Part shown: positions 23,451-36,024 of the stretch, piece by piece
Layout of the letters: every line of letters begins with the position of its first letter
Numbering within the stretch: position 1 is the stretch's first letter
Assembly: GCA_976226885.1 (NCBI GenBank)
Contig: OZ320321.1
Coordinates: 64,728,001-64,792,000 of the forward strand
Length of the DNA stretch: 64,000 bases
Reading direction: 5' to 3'
Origin: Iphione sp. A-MEVVRFRX5
Lineage: Eukaryota
Notes under the pieces: generated by a model
What the model saw: the letters and a program-made list of their open reading frames with translations, nothing else
Database searches by the model: none
Told to the model about the DNA's origin: nothing
Program-made: the position numbers and the translations under genes

Positions 23451-24100
23451 TCACTGGTCCACACAGATAACTGGCTGGTTACGTGACACACCTAACCCTT
23501 TTTCCTGATCCCTGGCCACTGGATCAGGTCCTCTAATATCCTCAGGCCCATGCACCTGAACAGGTGGATTAATGTCCAAGACAGGGCCCTCCACCTCAAC
23601 CCATCCTTCTCCCTGCAGATCGGAGTTGTTCTCCTGCAGATCATGAAACTTGTGCTGCCATTCTCTCTCAAACAATTGGGCAAGGGGCATCTTATCTGAG
23701 GAAGAGAACTCATCAGAATCACCCGACAAACCCGACTCATCTTTGTCCAAATCGGAAAAAATACCATCTCTGGCTAAAGCAACATGCTGGCGTAGTTGTC
23801 CTTTGTCCTCCCTTGGCAACCTCCAGTCAAGGTTGGCTACACATAAACAATCTCTGTGGACTTTCATCAACTTCCTCAGCACCTGATCTTCTATGACAAA
23901 ATTAACCAGTGTCAATTGTTCCACAATCCAGCCATTAGGTTTGCCACCTTATATCTACCTTATGACTTTGTAGGGGATTCTGAACATACACAGGATCTCC
24001 CACAGCAATTTGCCGCAGCCTCCCTGGCAGGAGCCAAAGTGAGTGTGCAATTTGTGGTGACCCCTTAGCTTATATGAAGCGTAACTGCAGTAGTTGTTGG
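23451..24100 (-). pseudogene. Gypsy pol C-terminus (integrase tail, SH3-like) remnant
   Basis: IAVGDPVYVQNPLQSHKVDIRWQT*W/IVEQLTLVNFVIEDQVLRKLMKVHRDCLCVANLDW resembles the GDPVY...KW.PY.RI.EQ..PV.F integrase tail, followed by an acidic low-complexity tail. Confidence 0.7.
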
Positions 24101-24199
24101 CAGCTTCTGCAACTTCACGGTTGTGAACTTGATGCACACAATCGTTTGCATGAAGAGTTTGTTGTGGCTGATCCTGGTTATGGCACAAAAGGTTTAGAT

Positions 24200-25900
24200 G
24201 GTATGTAGCACCACACCAGTAGATTCGATTATTAGCCTTTACTCTTCACAGCTTAACTCTTTCATTCCACATAATCTAATAGGAGTAAATGGGCATTCAT
24301 TAATAAGGCAAAATAGAACAACTACATGCAGAATCAATAATATGACAAAGTCAGGTGGTGGTTTGGCTAATAATTTAAATCACTATTTTGATTATGATGA
24401 AGAGAAATATACCAGCATCTTAATTGTTGTGATGAGAATATTGAATTGCATTGTGTAGAAGTTAAGCGCGGTAACTTTAAGACTACTTTGATTAATATTT
24501 ATAGACCACCAAATGGATCAGCGACGTATTTTATTAACAAAATTGCTGATGCATTATCTAAGCTGAGACTAAGTCTCAATTAGCTACATCATCTGGTTAT
24601 TCAGTGTTTAATAAACGGCTGATCCCCAGTCGCTGGGAAGCTGGTCAAGGTAGAACCACTCCACAAAGGCGGTAATAAGTTGCCAGCTAACAACTAACGA
24701 CCAATATCACTATTACCCTTAATGTCAAAAATAGTGGAGAGAAAAGTATTTAATCAGCTGTAGTCACATCTAGAGAAGAACGCTCTACTTAGCAAGAGCT
24801 AGTTTGGTTTTAGACAGGGGGAAATACGCAAAATGCTGTCCACAAAGTTTTAAACTACCTTTACACAGAACTCAATCGCAGTCACTACAACTCTATACAC
24901 TATGCAAAGCATTTGACACCATCAATATTAACCTACTGTTATTTAAACTTGAGGATTACTACAACTTCTCTAAGTCCAGCATCCGGTGGTTTCGGTCATT
25001 TTTATTAAACAGACAGCAATATTGTAGTGTCAATGGAGTCTCCTCTCAAACGGCAGCTATCTCTTTTGATGTGCACCAAGGCTCAACCCTGAGTCCTCTC
25101 CTGTTTCCCATGTATAAAAATGATTTACCTGAAACCGTGCAATGTAAATACCACATTATTTGCAGACGATGCAATATTTAGTTGCAAAGACAAAATGAAC
25201 ATACTCTGTATAATCAAATGAAAAAGTGTTCTGAAGCCCTAGAAGATTGGTGTAAGGTAAATTGGCTAATTGTCAATACGAGTAAAACAAAAAGCATGTT
25301 GATTACTCCTACCAACAAAGATATAGATACCACCCAATTTCCATCATAATCATAAATGGTGGAGTTATCAGATATGTTCAAGGATATCCTGGAATCATAC
25401 TGGACAGTGACTTGACAATGAAAACATATGTTAATGGGGTGATAAAACAAATACTATCTCAGCTATATATATTAGCCAAGGTAAAATTTCAACTGACTGA
25501 GTTTGCATTTATTACAATATATAAGACATTAATGATGCCAAAAGTGGATTACTGTCTGGCCTTTACCACCTGCCCGTCCTTTGCAACTTTAGCAATACAT
25601 TTTACTAAATGTATAAAAGAAATCATAAAAATTCTGTCATTAAAAGTCTTCATATTTACTAAAATATACCAACAACTGTGACAAAAAATAGCTGTATTGC
25701 ATTTGCAGTTGCTAAAATAAGCAATAATAAGAAATTCTATTGCATTCTAAGGACCAAAAATATGGAATGGCCTGGATGCACTAATCAGAAGTATAACTGA
25801 CAGGGAGCAACTGCTGTCTACATGTAGAATGATCATTACTTCAATCGCTTTTAATCTTTTATCTCAATTATCCTACTGTTCAACCAGTGATGTAAATAAA
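24200..25900 (+). mobile_element. Degenerate, internally deleted CR1/L2-type LINE (APE + RT)
   Basis: APE motifs GHSLIRQNR...KSGGGLA and NIYRPPNG; RT motifs V.PLHKGG...N*RPISLLP.MSKI.ER, KAFDTIN, VHQGSTLSPLLF, FADD, YKTLMMPKVDYC; many stops and frameshifts. Confidence 0.9.
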
Positions 25901-26094
25901 GTAGACATTTGCTTGTTAAAATTCATATATGTTCATCACTAGCACATCTCTTCTGTCATGTGTAAATCTATACCATTGTAAACATATTATTAATCACCTT
26001 GCCTATAAATATAATTGTCATTATAGGCAATTGTAATCATCACTGCGTAAACCGATTCTTCGTATTGACGAGTAGAAAATAACTGGTGGCAAAT

Positions 26095-26137
26095 TCAAAC
26101 TTCGAGTGAGAGTAAAAAAGGGTAAGGGAATGAATAA

Positions 26138-26190
<53 letters not shown>

Positions 26191-26680
26191 AGAGAGAGAG
26201 AGAAGGAGGTAGGCGGGGCAGGGGGACAGAGAAAGAGAGGGGTGGAGAGAGAAAGACAGGAGAGAGAAGGATAGGAAGAGGGAGGGCAAAGAGAGATTGG
26301 TACAGGGAAGACAGAGATACAGAGAGGGAAAGAGAGGGAGAGAGGGAGAAAGAATCAAAGTAAGATGATGAAAGAGGGAGAGTAAGACAGAGGGACAGAG
26401 AGTGGAGAGGAGAAGAAGGCAGACAGGCCAGCAAGCAGTAAGAGAAAGAAGGGAGAGACGAAAATCAAGCAAGGCCCAGTGGAGGGAGAGGATGAGAGAG
26501 CAAAAAAGAAAAAAAAAACGGGAAAGACGGAGGGAGAGAAAGGAAGCGAAAGGGAGAGAAAGATGAAGAGCTAGGAAAGGCATGGAAGAGAAAAATAAAG
26601 ACAAAAGGAGAAAAAAAAGATAGAGAGAAAGAGGGACAGAACGGGGGAGAGACAGGGCATGAGGTAAAGGGGTCCACTCC
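26095..26680. repeat. (GA)n microsatellite and purine-rich low-complexity tract
   Basis: Direct inspection; it accounts for the S/L-rich and R/E-rich ORFs. Confidence 0.95.
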
Positions 26681-28339
26681 AGTACAAAACGTTATGCCGA
26701 GCTCCTCACTGAAAAACAGGGTGTATGCCTGAGAAGCTCATTACTATCGACTTAACAGTGTTATGTACATTCATTAGACACAGTTAACAAGTCCTCGTTG
26801 GTAAGGATCTCATCTTCTATGCTAATTTAATACTCGACTGATTTGCCCGTAAATGTAATATTTTCGCTGGACCGATCTGTTTAATCCTTTGTGACAACTG
26901 CGTTTTTTTACAAAGGGAAAAGTGATTGGATGCGGCTTCACTGAACATAAGATGCGAAAGTCGCGAGGTGGCCGTGCTGTATCAGGCTGACATAGAGGCA
27001 ACAACAACGAGAGAACGGTTGAAGGAGGGAGGATCGGAAAGTGAACAAGGAGGTAGAGAAATAGTAGCAGTAGTTGAGCAAAGAGACAGCAAGAAAGGCC
27101 AAAGAGAGAGGTGAAGAGAGAGAACAAAAGCGAGGGAGAGGAGCGAGAATACCAGAGATGAAAAGAGAGGGGAGGAGAGAGAATGTCTGTCTCAATGGCG
27201 GTGTTGTACAGGGACGTACATCACACCTGAGCGTGTAATGAACTTCGCGGTTAACGATTGTTCATTTGTCCGCCGCACTTCTGGTGGTTTTCATATGGTC
27301 ACACCTGTGTATTCTCTAATTGTCCAGAATCAAATGGCTACAGGTGATTCGCACATTCTCAATCCTCCATTCCCCCATTAAATGCTGCTTTAGATATTTC
27401 TTAATTATATATCATATTGGTGCATAAACATGCTACAATCCCTACACATTCCTGCTATGGAATCATGGGAATGTAATAAAGGGAGAACGGGTGCCCTTCA
27501 GACTCCGCATTTTATTGGTTGATCATTGTCAGCTGATCATTGTAGACCTTGAGGTTATATGCTAGCTTTACTATCTCGTATATGGCACGTAACATAACCC
27601 TTTATATTTGATGTATCGTAAAATGTTTCCTATCATGAATCTAATCTAAAACAAAATTCTATGCATTAATAATAAACAATATATGATAAAGAATATTGAT
27701 TTCCCCCTATCGTTCCTAGTAAAGACAGTTTCCATAGAGTGGATTTGATAGTCTCTTCTTTCCTGACATATTATGGGATAGGTAGTATGAGAACATCCTA
27801 CGGCAGAGTTTGCATGAAACCGAGGTTCTACGTCATTTTCTTCATCCTAACAGAGTACCAGTACACTGCAACAAGCAGGGTCTCGTTCAGCTTCAGCGTA
27901 GCTAGAAGATATACACCAAGTATTCGTCCGGCCTCTCATAGATCGACGGGGAGGGGGGGTCTAAGATGAGAATATTTTTTGAGTCAGTGTATCCGACTGC
28001 TTGGGTTGGTTTGTCCATGGTCGTATATGCCCAACAATAATTGACGGATCGCTGAACGTCGAAGTCATAATTGCGACAGTCACAATTTTAAGTGATTTGA
28101 TTGGTTAGTTCTCATGACGATGTCACAGTTTGTAAAAGAGACGTTGACAGTACCTGTTACCTTAGCCGCTGGCGATCGGCTCATTGGATTCACGGACAAA
28201 TTAACTCCAAACCACAGCAATGGCAACAGTCTGGCGAGCCCCATCATCAGTTGTAAACAATTATACAACATTGACCTTGAAGGTCATTTGTTTTTAACGC
28301 TTGGTGTCACCCTAGGTATTCTAACCGAACATTTCCATG

Positions 28340-28859
28340 AGGCCTAAAAAGAAATCTGTGTTTCCGGTAACCAGACTGACCCTACAATGTATCTTTAACC
28401 AGGAACTAGATATTCCCAATCACATGGTAGGGCTCTTCCATATCCTCCTGGGGTAGCATACCACCATCTATTGTTGAGAATTGAGAGACCAGAATACCCG
28501 GGGTTGCCCCCTACTCTTATTTCCCATAAGGCCTAAAAAGAAATCTGTGTTTCTGGTAACCAGACTGACCCTACAATGAGGCCAGTTGTAAAATGTTACT
28601 TCTTCCTTGTTTCGTCAATATCTTGAGATTGAATGAAGGTATTCACACTATACATTAATGTATTTCTTACATTATTAACTTTCATTTGATATAAGTTTGA
28701 TTAATATCTCAGCAGTAAAAGTGACATTACCATAAATAATTGTTATCTGTGGGATACATTAACATTGAAAGAAAAAATAAAAACAAAAAAAAACCCACCT
28801 ACCAACCCACCCTCTGTTTTCTTTCCACATTATCATAAATACAGATATTTTTTAGGCCT
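28340..28859. mobile_element. AGGCCTAAAAA-ended MITE (related to the TWA family) with duplicated left end
   Basis: Left TIR aggcctaaaaagaaatctgtg at both 28340 and 28529; right TIR tacagatattttttaggcct ending at 28859. Confidence 0.7.
28390..28522 (-). mobile_element. 5'-truncated Meta-like SINE
   Basis: Reverse complement of 45477-45612 (aataagagtagggggcaacccc...cctggttaaagataca). Confidence 0.9.
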
Positions 28860-29765
28860 ACTCAAAATGGACTAGTACAATAGTCATAGATGCAACTTAT
28901 ACGGAACATGCTCCTACTAGTCTTCAGATCATATCAGGTCCCTTTGTGTATTAAGCATGAGCTGGTCATAATGGAACACAGATACACCGCATATGCTTCG
29001 AGGACTTATGAGCAGTATTCCAAAAAGTATTATACAGCTCCATTTTGCCCATAGAAGCTTTACATTAACAACTTGTAGCTATACACTACCAATCTTTTAA
29101 ACATTCTATCTCCAGCGTTGTAATGACGCATTATTGATGACTTCCTCCGACAGCTTAATCATCTGTTTCCACAAATGGTTACAGGTGTGTCATCTCTACA
29201 TGTTTATTCATTTGTCACCACGTGTTATGCGATTGGTTAATTACGATGACTGTGTTACGTCATGCATATTCATGATGTGACTATTTTCAGCACTGCCTCT
29301 AATTAATGCTCTTGCATGAAGTCAAAAGCTACAAAGGGCACAGCATGACCTTGAAGACCGGACAATGGTGAATCGGCGTGTAAACCGGCCCCCAAAATGT
29401 CATATGATATTTGGCATAAAAGGATTTTCTAACCATTGACGTTTGGGAAAGATTCAGACGGCATGCATACGTAAGCAGCTCACATCTCACTGCGATGTGC
29501 AATGTGTGGCTGGGTATCTTTAATCAACAGAACTTCTGCAATCGCATTCGCTCGTGATTTAGCCGACCGGCCCAGGACGGGTTGCTGTTTACAATCAGAT
29601 TCGATTTCCTTTGACTTCTATAGTGAACGGACATCTGCTGTTATGCAGAAAATTGGGCTCTACAGGTAGTCTTCTCGCGTTCGGATGTAATTAAGAAAAA
29701 TCCGACTCTGTACATGTGAATGGCGCCTTACACTTTGTCACTGTATACAGTAGACAATGCTACCT

Positions 29766-30440
29766 GTTTGTTTTGGTGTTGGTGTGTCTCGTGCGTGGCA
29801 ACAGCATTTATAAGATGATCAGGCCTTGTGTACACAGGTCTAGTATTCACCTTATGAATGAAGAATTATAGAAGAAATGTAACATATAAAGGTCCTACAC
29901 ACAGGGAATGTCACATAGGCCTGGAGGTAGCTCCGTGATCAGAAGGAATGAGTGTTTATATGCAGGCATTCCTCACGTAGGACACCACCGGTTTGGTTTG
30001 GTGTTGGTGTGTCTCATGCGTGGCAACAGCATTTATAAGATGATCAGGCCTTGTGTACACAGGTCTAGTATTCACCTTATGAATGAAGAATTATAGAAGA
30101 AATGTAACATATAAAGGTCCTACACACAGGGAATGTCACATAGGCCTGGAGGTAGCTCCGTGATCAGAAGGAATGAGTGTTTATATGCAGGCATTCCTCA
30201 CGTAGGACACCACCGGTTTGGTTTGGTGTTGGTGTGTCTCATGCGTGGCAACAGCATTTATAAGATGATCAGGCCTTGTGTACACAGGTCTAGTATTCAC
30301 CTTATGAATGAAGAATTATAGAAGAAATGTAACATATACAGGTCCTACACACAGGGAAGGTCACGTAGGCCTGGAGGTAGCTCCGTGATCAGAAGGAATG
30401 AGTGTTTATATGCAGGCATTCCTCACGTAGGAGACCACCG
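29766..30440. repeat. 225-bp tandem triplication
   Basis: Units start at 29766, 29991 and 30216, with about 6 differences in total; identical ORFs at 29908 and 30133. Confidence 0.95.
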
Positions 30441-31238
30441 ATGGTCCTTGAGAAATATATGGTCTCTGTTTAGGTCTGGTCTCCTCTGTGGGATCTTCAC
30501 ATTTCGACATATCTTCACATTTTGACATGTCTTCCTTTGGTTTGGATCAAACCTGGCCACTCCCCATTGTCTTGTTTCCTCTGTGATTTGGTCCTTGCAT
30601 GAGAACTAAGTGTATTTATTATCTCAGTGTAGGTTTTCATCATGATGGAAGGGAAGAGGGTGCATGGTTTTAGCCTATGTTAGCAAAGTACATGATTTCC
30701 AGTACGTCCATCTCTTGTGGGAAGTTAATTAGAAATGATTCTTTTATAGCTTTTGACAAGATAATTATTTAAGGATAATTCATTCATTCCCATAGAAACA
30801 CATCCCATCATTTTATTTCATCTCCTTTTTTAGTGATTGTTTTATAAAACAAGGTTGGGTGACAATGGCCTCAAGCCACAAAGGAGTGAAGCAGATTTCT
30901 CTGTGTGGACATTGTTTATTGCCTACAATCTCTGAACCTTTGTACATTAGTCCTCAGACCATGGTCACTTTACAATATACATACATAGCGTATTACCTGC
31001 TTCAGCTCCTATTCCATCTTGTATTTAATTCCTCTTTCATATTTTCTTGAAATAGATATATTCGCCTGAACTACAAGTAACTTAAGCTCCTCTGGCGTTC
31101 CATCGTTTCGCCCCCGATCCGTCCTGTCTCATAAGTATACGGAAATGAAACAAATATATTCGGATTTACCTGTGGCCTTGCGCGTAGGGCGTGAAAAGAA
31201 ATCGCCGAATCACGTGACTCACGACCAGTTGCTAATAA

Positions 31239-31252
31239 CTGCCACCTGGCGG
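31239..31252 (-). promoter_or_regulatory. CTCF-type motif within a CpG-rich, E-box-containing patch (31090-31260)
   Basis: Minus strand CCGCCAGGTGGCAG; TCACGTGA at 31210-31217. Confidence 0.4.
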
Positions 31253-31703
31253 GACTTTATGTCAATTGCTACTTGTGGTGGGAAGCATTTGTGTTTTTAG
31301 TCCTTGGTAGCATATGAAATGTTAAAAATAGCTAGATATTCGTTTAGTAAGGGACAAGGAAATGGTGGTGATGTTAGCGTATGTATTTGTCTGTGTATCT
31401 CAGCAAGAGAAGAGAGAGAGATGACTGAAGACTAGATAAATAGACATAAAAGGCAGGTGCGGGAAGGACAGAAGATCGAGACAAGATAGACGAACAAAAA
31501 AGGCAGGGATAGAGACAGAGGAAGGATAGACAGATGAGAGAATGGAATCAGAGAGAGACAGAGACAGACAGACAGTCGCAGTCAATCGGATCAAGAATAC
31601 AGGGGAGAGATAAAACTGCCCCAAGAGAGGGACAGGCAGATAAACAAACGTAAAAATGACCAGGATGGAGATAAACGAGAGAGATAGACAGAAGAGACAG
31701 AAA

Positions 31704-31899
31704 NNNNNNNNNNNNNNNNNNNNNNNNNNNNNNNNNNNNNNNNNNNNNNNNNNNNNNNNNNNNNNNNNNNNNNNNNNNNNNNNNNNNNNNNNNNNNNNNN
31801 NNNNNNNNNNNNNNNNNNNNNNNNNNNNNNNNNNNNNNNNNNNNNNNNNNNNNNNNNNNNNNNNNNNNNNNNNNNNNNNNNNNNNNNNNNNNNNNNNNN
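31704..31899. other. Assembly gap (196 N), preceded by GA-rich low-complexity DNA
   Basis: Run of N. Confidence 1.
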
Positions 31900-32503
31900 C
31901 AGATTATCTGACGGATACAAAACAACGCAGAGAGAGGCAGAATGTCCATATTGCTTCAAGCCTCCTATAGCCTCGTGTTTTACATAAAGGCACGATTGCT
32001 TCTATTGTGAACTCCCTTCATCTGGATTCTGTTAGTCTCACTTCATAATGGATTCTTGTTTTATAGGCTCAATTAGCCCTATATCATATTGTTAATATTC
32101 TCACGGTTTGATTCGAAGGTAGGCATTTAAAATCAGTGGCTTTTAAATTTTATGCTGGATAGCTGAAACTAAACAACTCCAGGACAAATTAGATATTTGA
32201 TCTGAAACAGTCACCTATTTTTCATTAAAATGATATTGGGCTTCCAGATATATTGTATCGTGAATTGTCGTACTTTGGATGAGGAACATGCTAGATAGAG
32301 GACAAGAGGATCCAAGATCATGTAGATGTACGGAAGACTGAAAAAATATAAGATATCAGCCACGATTTATATCTCTGATTTCACTGTAAAGAATTCGTTT
32401 CTATACTGAGATTGAAAAACTCTCTCCCCCTGAAGCATGGTGTCTGAAAGGTTATGTTGGCCTCGGAGATGTCAGACAGGGCCAGTTTGGCCTACACAAG
32501 TAA

Positions 32504-32829
32504 GGCCCCCCCCCAAAAAAATAGGTGGGTTTCTGGTAACGGCCAGCAAAAAACCTAGGTAGGGAAGGGGGTATTTAAAAAAAAAAATTTCCCACTTTCT
32601 TCCACTGGTTTTCAATAATAATAAAGACAATATGAATAATTTTGACCAATTTACATGAGTTTAACAGTTTTTTTGCTGAATTTCCATGGATTTTATTGAT
32701 TTTCTACTGAATTTAGCAAAAATATGCACCATGAAAACACATATCTAAGGAAATTCAGTCTTGGAAGCTCTTTAGGTTTTACTAGGTAGGGGTGGGTTAC
32801 CAGAAACACACCTATATTTTTTTTGGGCC
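32504..32829. mobile_element. TWA-flanked MITE copy (same orientation as 6447-6806)
   Basis: TAA|GGCCCCCC...aaaataggtgggtttctggtaac ... gttaccagaaacacacctatattttttttgggCC|TTA. Confidence 0.85.
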
Positions 32830-33252
32830 TTAAAGACCACCTGCCGTCCAACTCGCATGAGTGTAGTTTCACTTGGCAAGGTACAATGCTGAATTTAGCA
32901 AAAATATGCACCATGAAAACACATATCTAAGGAAATTCAGTCTTGGAAACTCTTTAGGTTTTACTAGGTAGGGGTGGGTTACCAGAAACACACCTATATT
33001 TCTTTTGGGCCTTAAAGACCACCTGCCGTCCAACTCGCATGAGTGTAGTTTCACTTGGCAAGGTACAATGCTGAATTTAGCAAAAATATGCACCATGAAA
33101 ACACATATCTAAGGAAATTCAGTCTTGGAAACTCTTTAGGTTTTACTAGGTAGGGGTGGGTTACCAGAAACACACCTATATTTTTTTTGGGCCTTAAAGA
33201 CCACCTGCCGTCCAACTCGCATGAGTGTAGTTTCACTTGGCAAGGTACAATG
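32707..33252. repeat. 182-bp tandem triplication spanning the MITE right end and flanking DNA
   Basis: Units start at 32707, 32889 and 33071; each contains the MITE right TIR plus ~60 bp of flank. Confidence 0.95.
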
Positions 33253-34149
33253 CTTTCGCGTCTACAGGAGATGCGCGGGACAAATGTGTCGAGATCATGA
33301 ACCCCCCAAAGCCCCCTTTGCAAATTAAGGCTGTGTTTTGGGGGGCCTTGATCCTTGACTCAGAGAGAGTAAAGGGAGAGACACACATATCAAAATAATG
33401 ATGGAACTTCGGAACGGCGAGGTGTAACCCAAACCGGCACCTGCATTCAAAACTGTTGCAAACAGGCAGTCTGAGACTCGCTGTTCACAAAAGCGACTTT
33501 GAGTAAAATAAAATTTATTTCTTAGAAATTTTAAAAGACACGATGACAATACTACGTGTGATAACTAAGAAGGCATAAAACATGAAAATAGCTGTAGTTG
33601 TCTACGTAAATATTATGCTGAGAATCATTGATATAAAGCTGGGTGGGCGGGTGGGTGGTAACGTATATGCTGCACCCATCTGTCCTGTCAGCGAGCAGAC
33701 TGGCCCGCCGCAGGGTCTCCTCTGCCGTTTGATCAATGAAGCCCCAAGAGGGCGCCACTCGTCATGCGGCGAGATTGAAGTTAGTGCGGTTCCATATTGG
33801 GGAGCCGGGGAACAACTGAGGTCACCGGGGTATACGCCGGACAAATCTCCTGCTGGAAAGAGTCGCCCTGAGTAGCTTTTAATGGAAGTCTGTGATGAGC
33901 TGCTGAGTGTAACCACTGTCTGAATAGAGAGGCGGTAAAGATCAGTGATCATTCATAGAACCGTGGCAAATTACCCACAAATGAACTTTTCAATGGAAAT
34001 CTCTTGGTTCTTTGACTACCATAGATATCATCTGCAGTATGACTCAGGGAAGTCTGGCTATTAAGTCGAAGCCCATTCATTCTCTGGATGTTGCGGGTGT
34101 CAGTTGGCCTGAGAAGGAGAGAAGCAGGGCATTTTACCCACACATTAAT

Positions 34150-35900
34150 TTTCAAATGGAAATGCATTCTATCGCTGACTGCCACCCAGACGTCATCTGA
34201 AGGAGGATTTAAGAAAGTTTGGCTACATTTTCAAATATCCCTAATACATAGAGATTTTATGAGCAATGAGGCCCTGGAATGCCACAGACATGAATCGAAT
34301 GTCAACTGGAAAGAAGTTTATAATTCACAATGTGATCTCTTTACAGACGTATTGCATAGTATCTGGCCATTCAAGCAGACCAAACATAAAATTTACTCCA
34401 TCCCGTGATGTCCCGTGAGAAATGCAAAACGCTATGAATAGGAAACACAAGTATTACCGACAATAATAGCAGACAAGGAAACAAGCTGACCTGGCCTTAT
34501 CCCAAAGAAATTTCAAGCCTTACCATATCAGTAATACGATCAGGGAAGATACAGTACTTCAGGGAGGAGATGAATAGAATTATATTTCCTAGGAATATAT
34601 GTATTGGGAATGAGTAAACTCGAAGACTTTGATAGTATTGAACATGATATTATGTTAAAGAAACTAAAACAACATGAACTACAGAACTACAGATCAGGGC
34701 TGGGCACCCAAGGAAAGTTTGTCGCATTTTGTAATATCCTTGTCGCAAAAAAGTCCCCAACATTCAGCACTAAATCAGTGGTAAAGAATGAAGTTGTCGC
34801 ATTTTTTCATGCCTATATCGCACGTTTTTTTGTTAAATGCTACCGGTTGCCCAGCCCTGTAGACTATACACCCTGTTCATGTAGTAAATGGAAATGAGGC
34901 CATCTGCAATAGTAGCAGTAAATCAGCAGCGAAAATACCCCATTATCGCCCCTCATGTTGATAAACTATTTCCTTGACTCTGAGGCTAGTGTTTCTTATA
35001 TTCATAGGATTATACATTCCTTTGGAAAATACAATGATTTTTAGCTCTTTTCTATTTCTCTGGTCTTGCCGAGCCAAGCCATGGCTCCCCTGTGTTGCTA
35101 CAGATGTTTGGGTGCTGATGCAGTTGGCCTCATTTTGATTTCGATATGGGGATACTGCAATATGGCTGTATTGCTCCAAAGCTCCTTAGGAAATGGAACA
35201 CAAAGATCGATAGTAAACAATAGAATTTCAGAAGCATCAGAGATTACAGTAGGAATACCCCAGGGAGGCATCCCTGCTTTTGCTACTCTACATTAACGAC
35301 TCTTTCAGCTGTTCTCTATGCAGATGATACCCTATTGTAAGCACGTGAAAAAGGACGTATTGCGCTACAATGGAAACTATAAACAGACCTAACTAGCCGT
35401 AGCAGCTCGTGCTGAATAAATACATTTTAAATATAAATCCAATAAATTAAAAGCAATCAGGTGTTACGAATGCGATGAACTGAAAAAGTACCCAGCGCAA
35501 CCTCAAAATTGATACATCTGTCGTGAAAAATGCAGACTCTGCAAAATATGTATGGTTTGATTTAGGCAAGAAGCATGAAACAAATAAGGCAAATATATGG
35601 AATAATCAACAATGTAAAGCGAATTGTTGTTTAAAAATAGTAGACAAATAATGTTCACAGAAACTGCACTTGGAATATTTAAGCATTAATACTACCATAT
35701 GCTGAACATGGAGGTATACTTCTGAATAGAAGAAATGTAACTAGTTTCCAGAGGTTGTCAACGCATAGAAGACAGGGTGATATGGTTATGCCTACTAAAC
35801 AAGACATCTAATATAACTGACTGATGTAAGATTACCTCAGCTTGAGCTCAGCCTTGGATTACCTCAGCTGAGCCTACGTCATTACTATCACCTGTCTTTG
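34150..35900 (+). mobile_element. Highly degenerate CR1/L2-type LINE remnant
   Basis: Linker (..VLHSIWPFKQTK..SIP*), SKLEDFDSIEHDIMLKKL, VGIPQG, YIND, LYADDT, ILPYAE motifs with frameshifts. Confidence 0.8.
34695..34859. mobile_element. CAGGGCTGGGCA-ended (hAT-like) MITE nested in the LINE RT
   Basis: TIR CAGGGCTGGGCAcc / ggTTGCCCAGCCCTG; TSD not cleanly resolvable (cagat/tagac). Confidence 0.75.
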
Positions 35901-35934
35901 TTTCGCAGTAAAAGCAGACCTTGGACATAACCAG

Positions 35935-36024
35935 CAAGATCTGGTACTAAAAAGGACAAGATCTGGTACTAAAAAGGACAAGATCTGGTACTAAAAAGAA
36001 CAAGATCTGGTACTAAAAAACAAG
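35935..36024. repeat. 22-bp tandem repeat x4
   Basis: caagatctggtactaaaaagga at 35935, 35957, 35979 and 36001. Confidence 0.95.

Noticed and set aside
26021-26677. S/L-rich and R/E-rich ORFs (also 18250-18577, 31400-31970, 39412-39992)
   Set aside because: GA/TC low-complexity tracts; some run across the N gap.
29766-30440. CRISPR-like or viral repeat array
   Set aside because: Whole units are duplicated with no unique spacers, and the context is eukaryotic.
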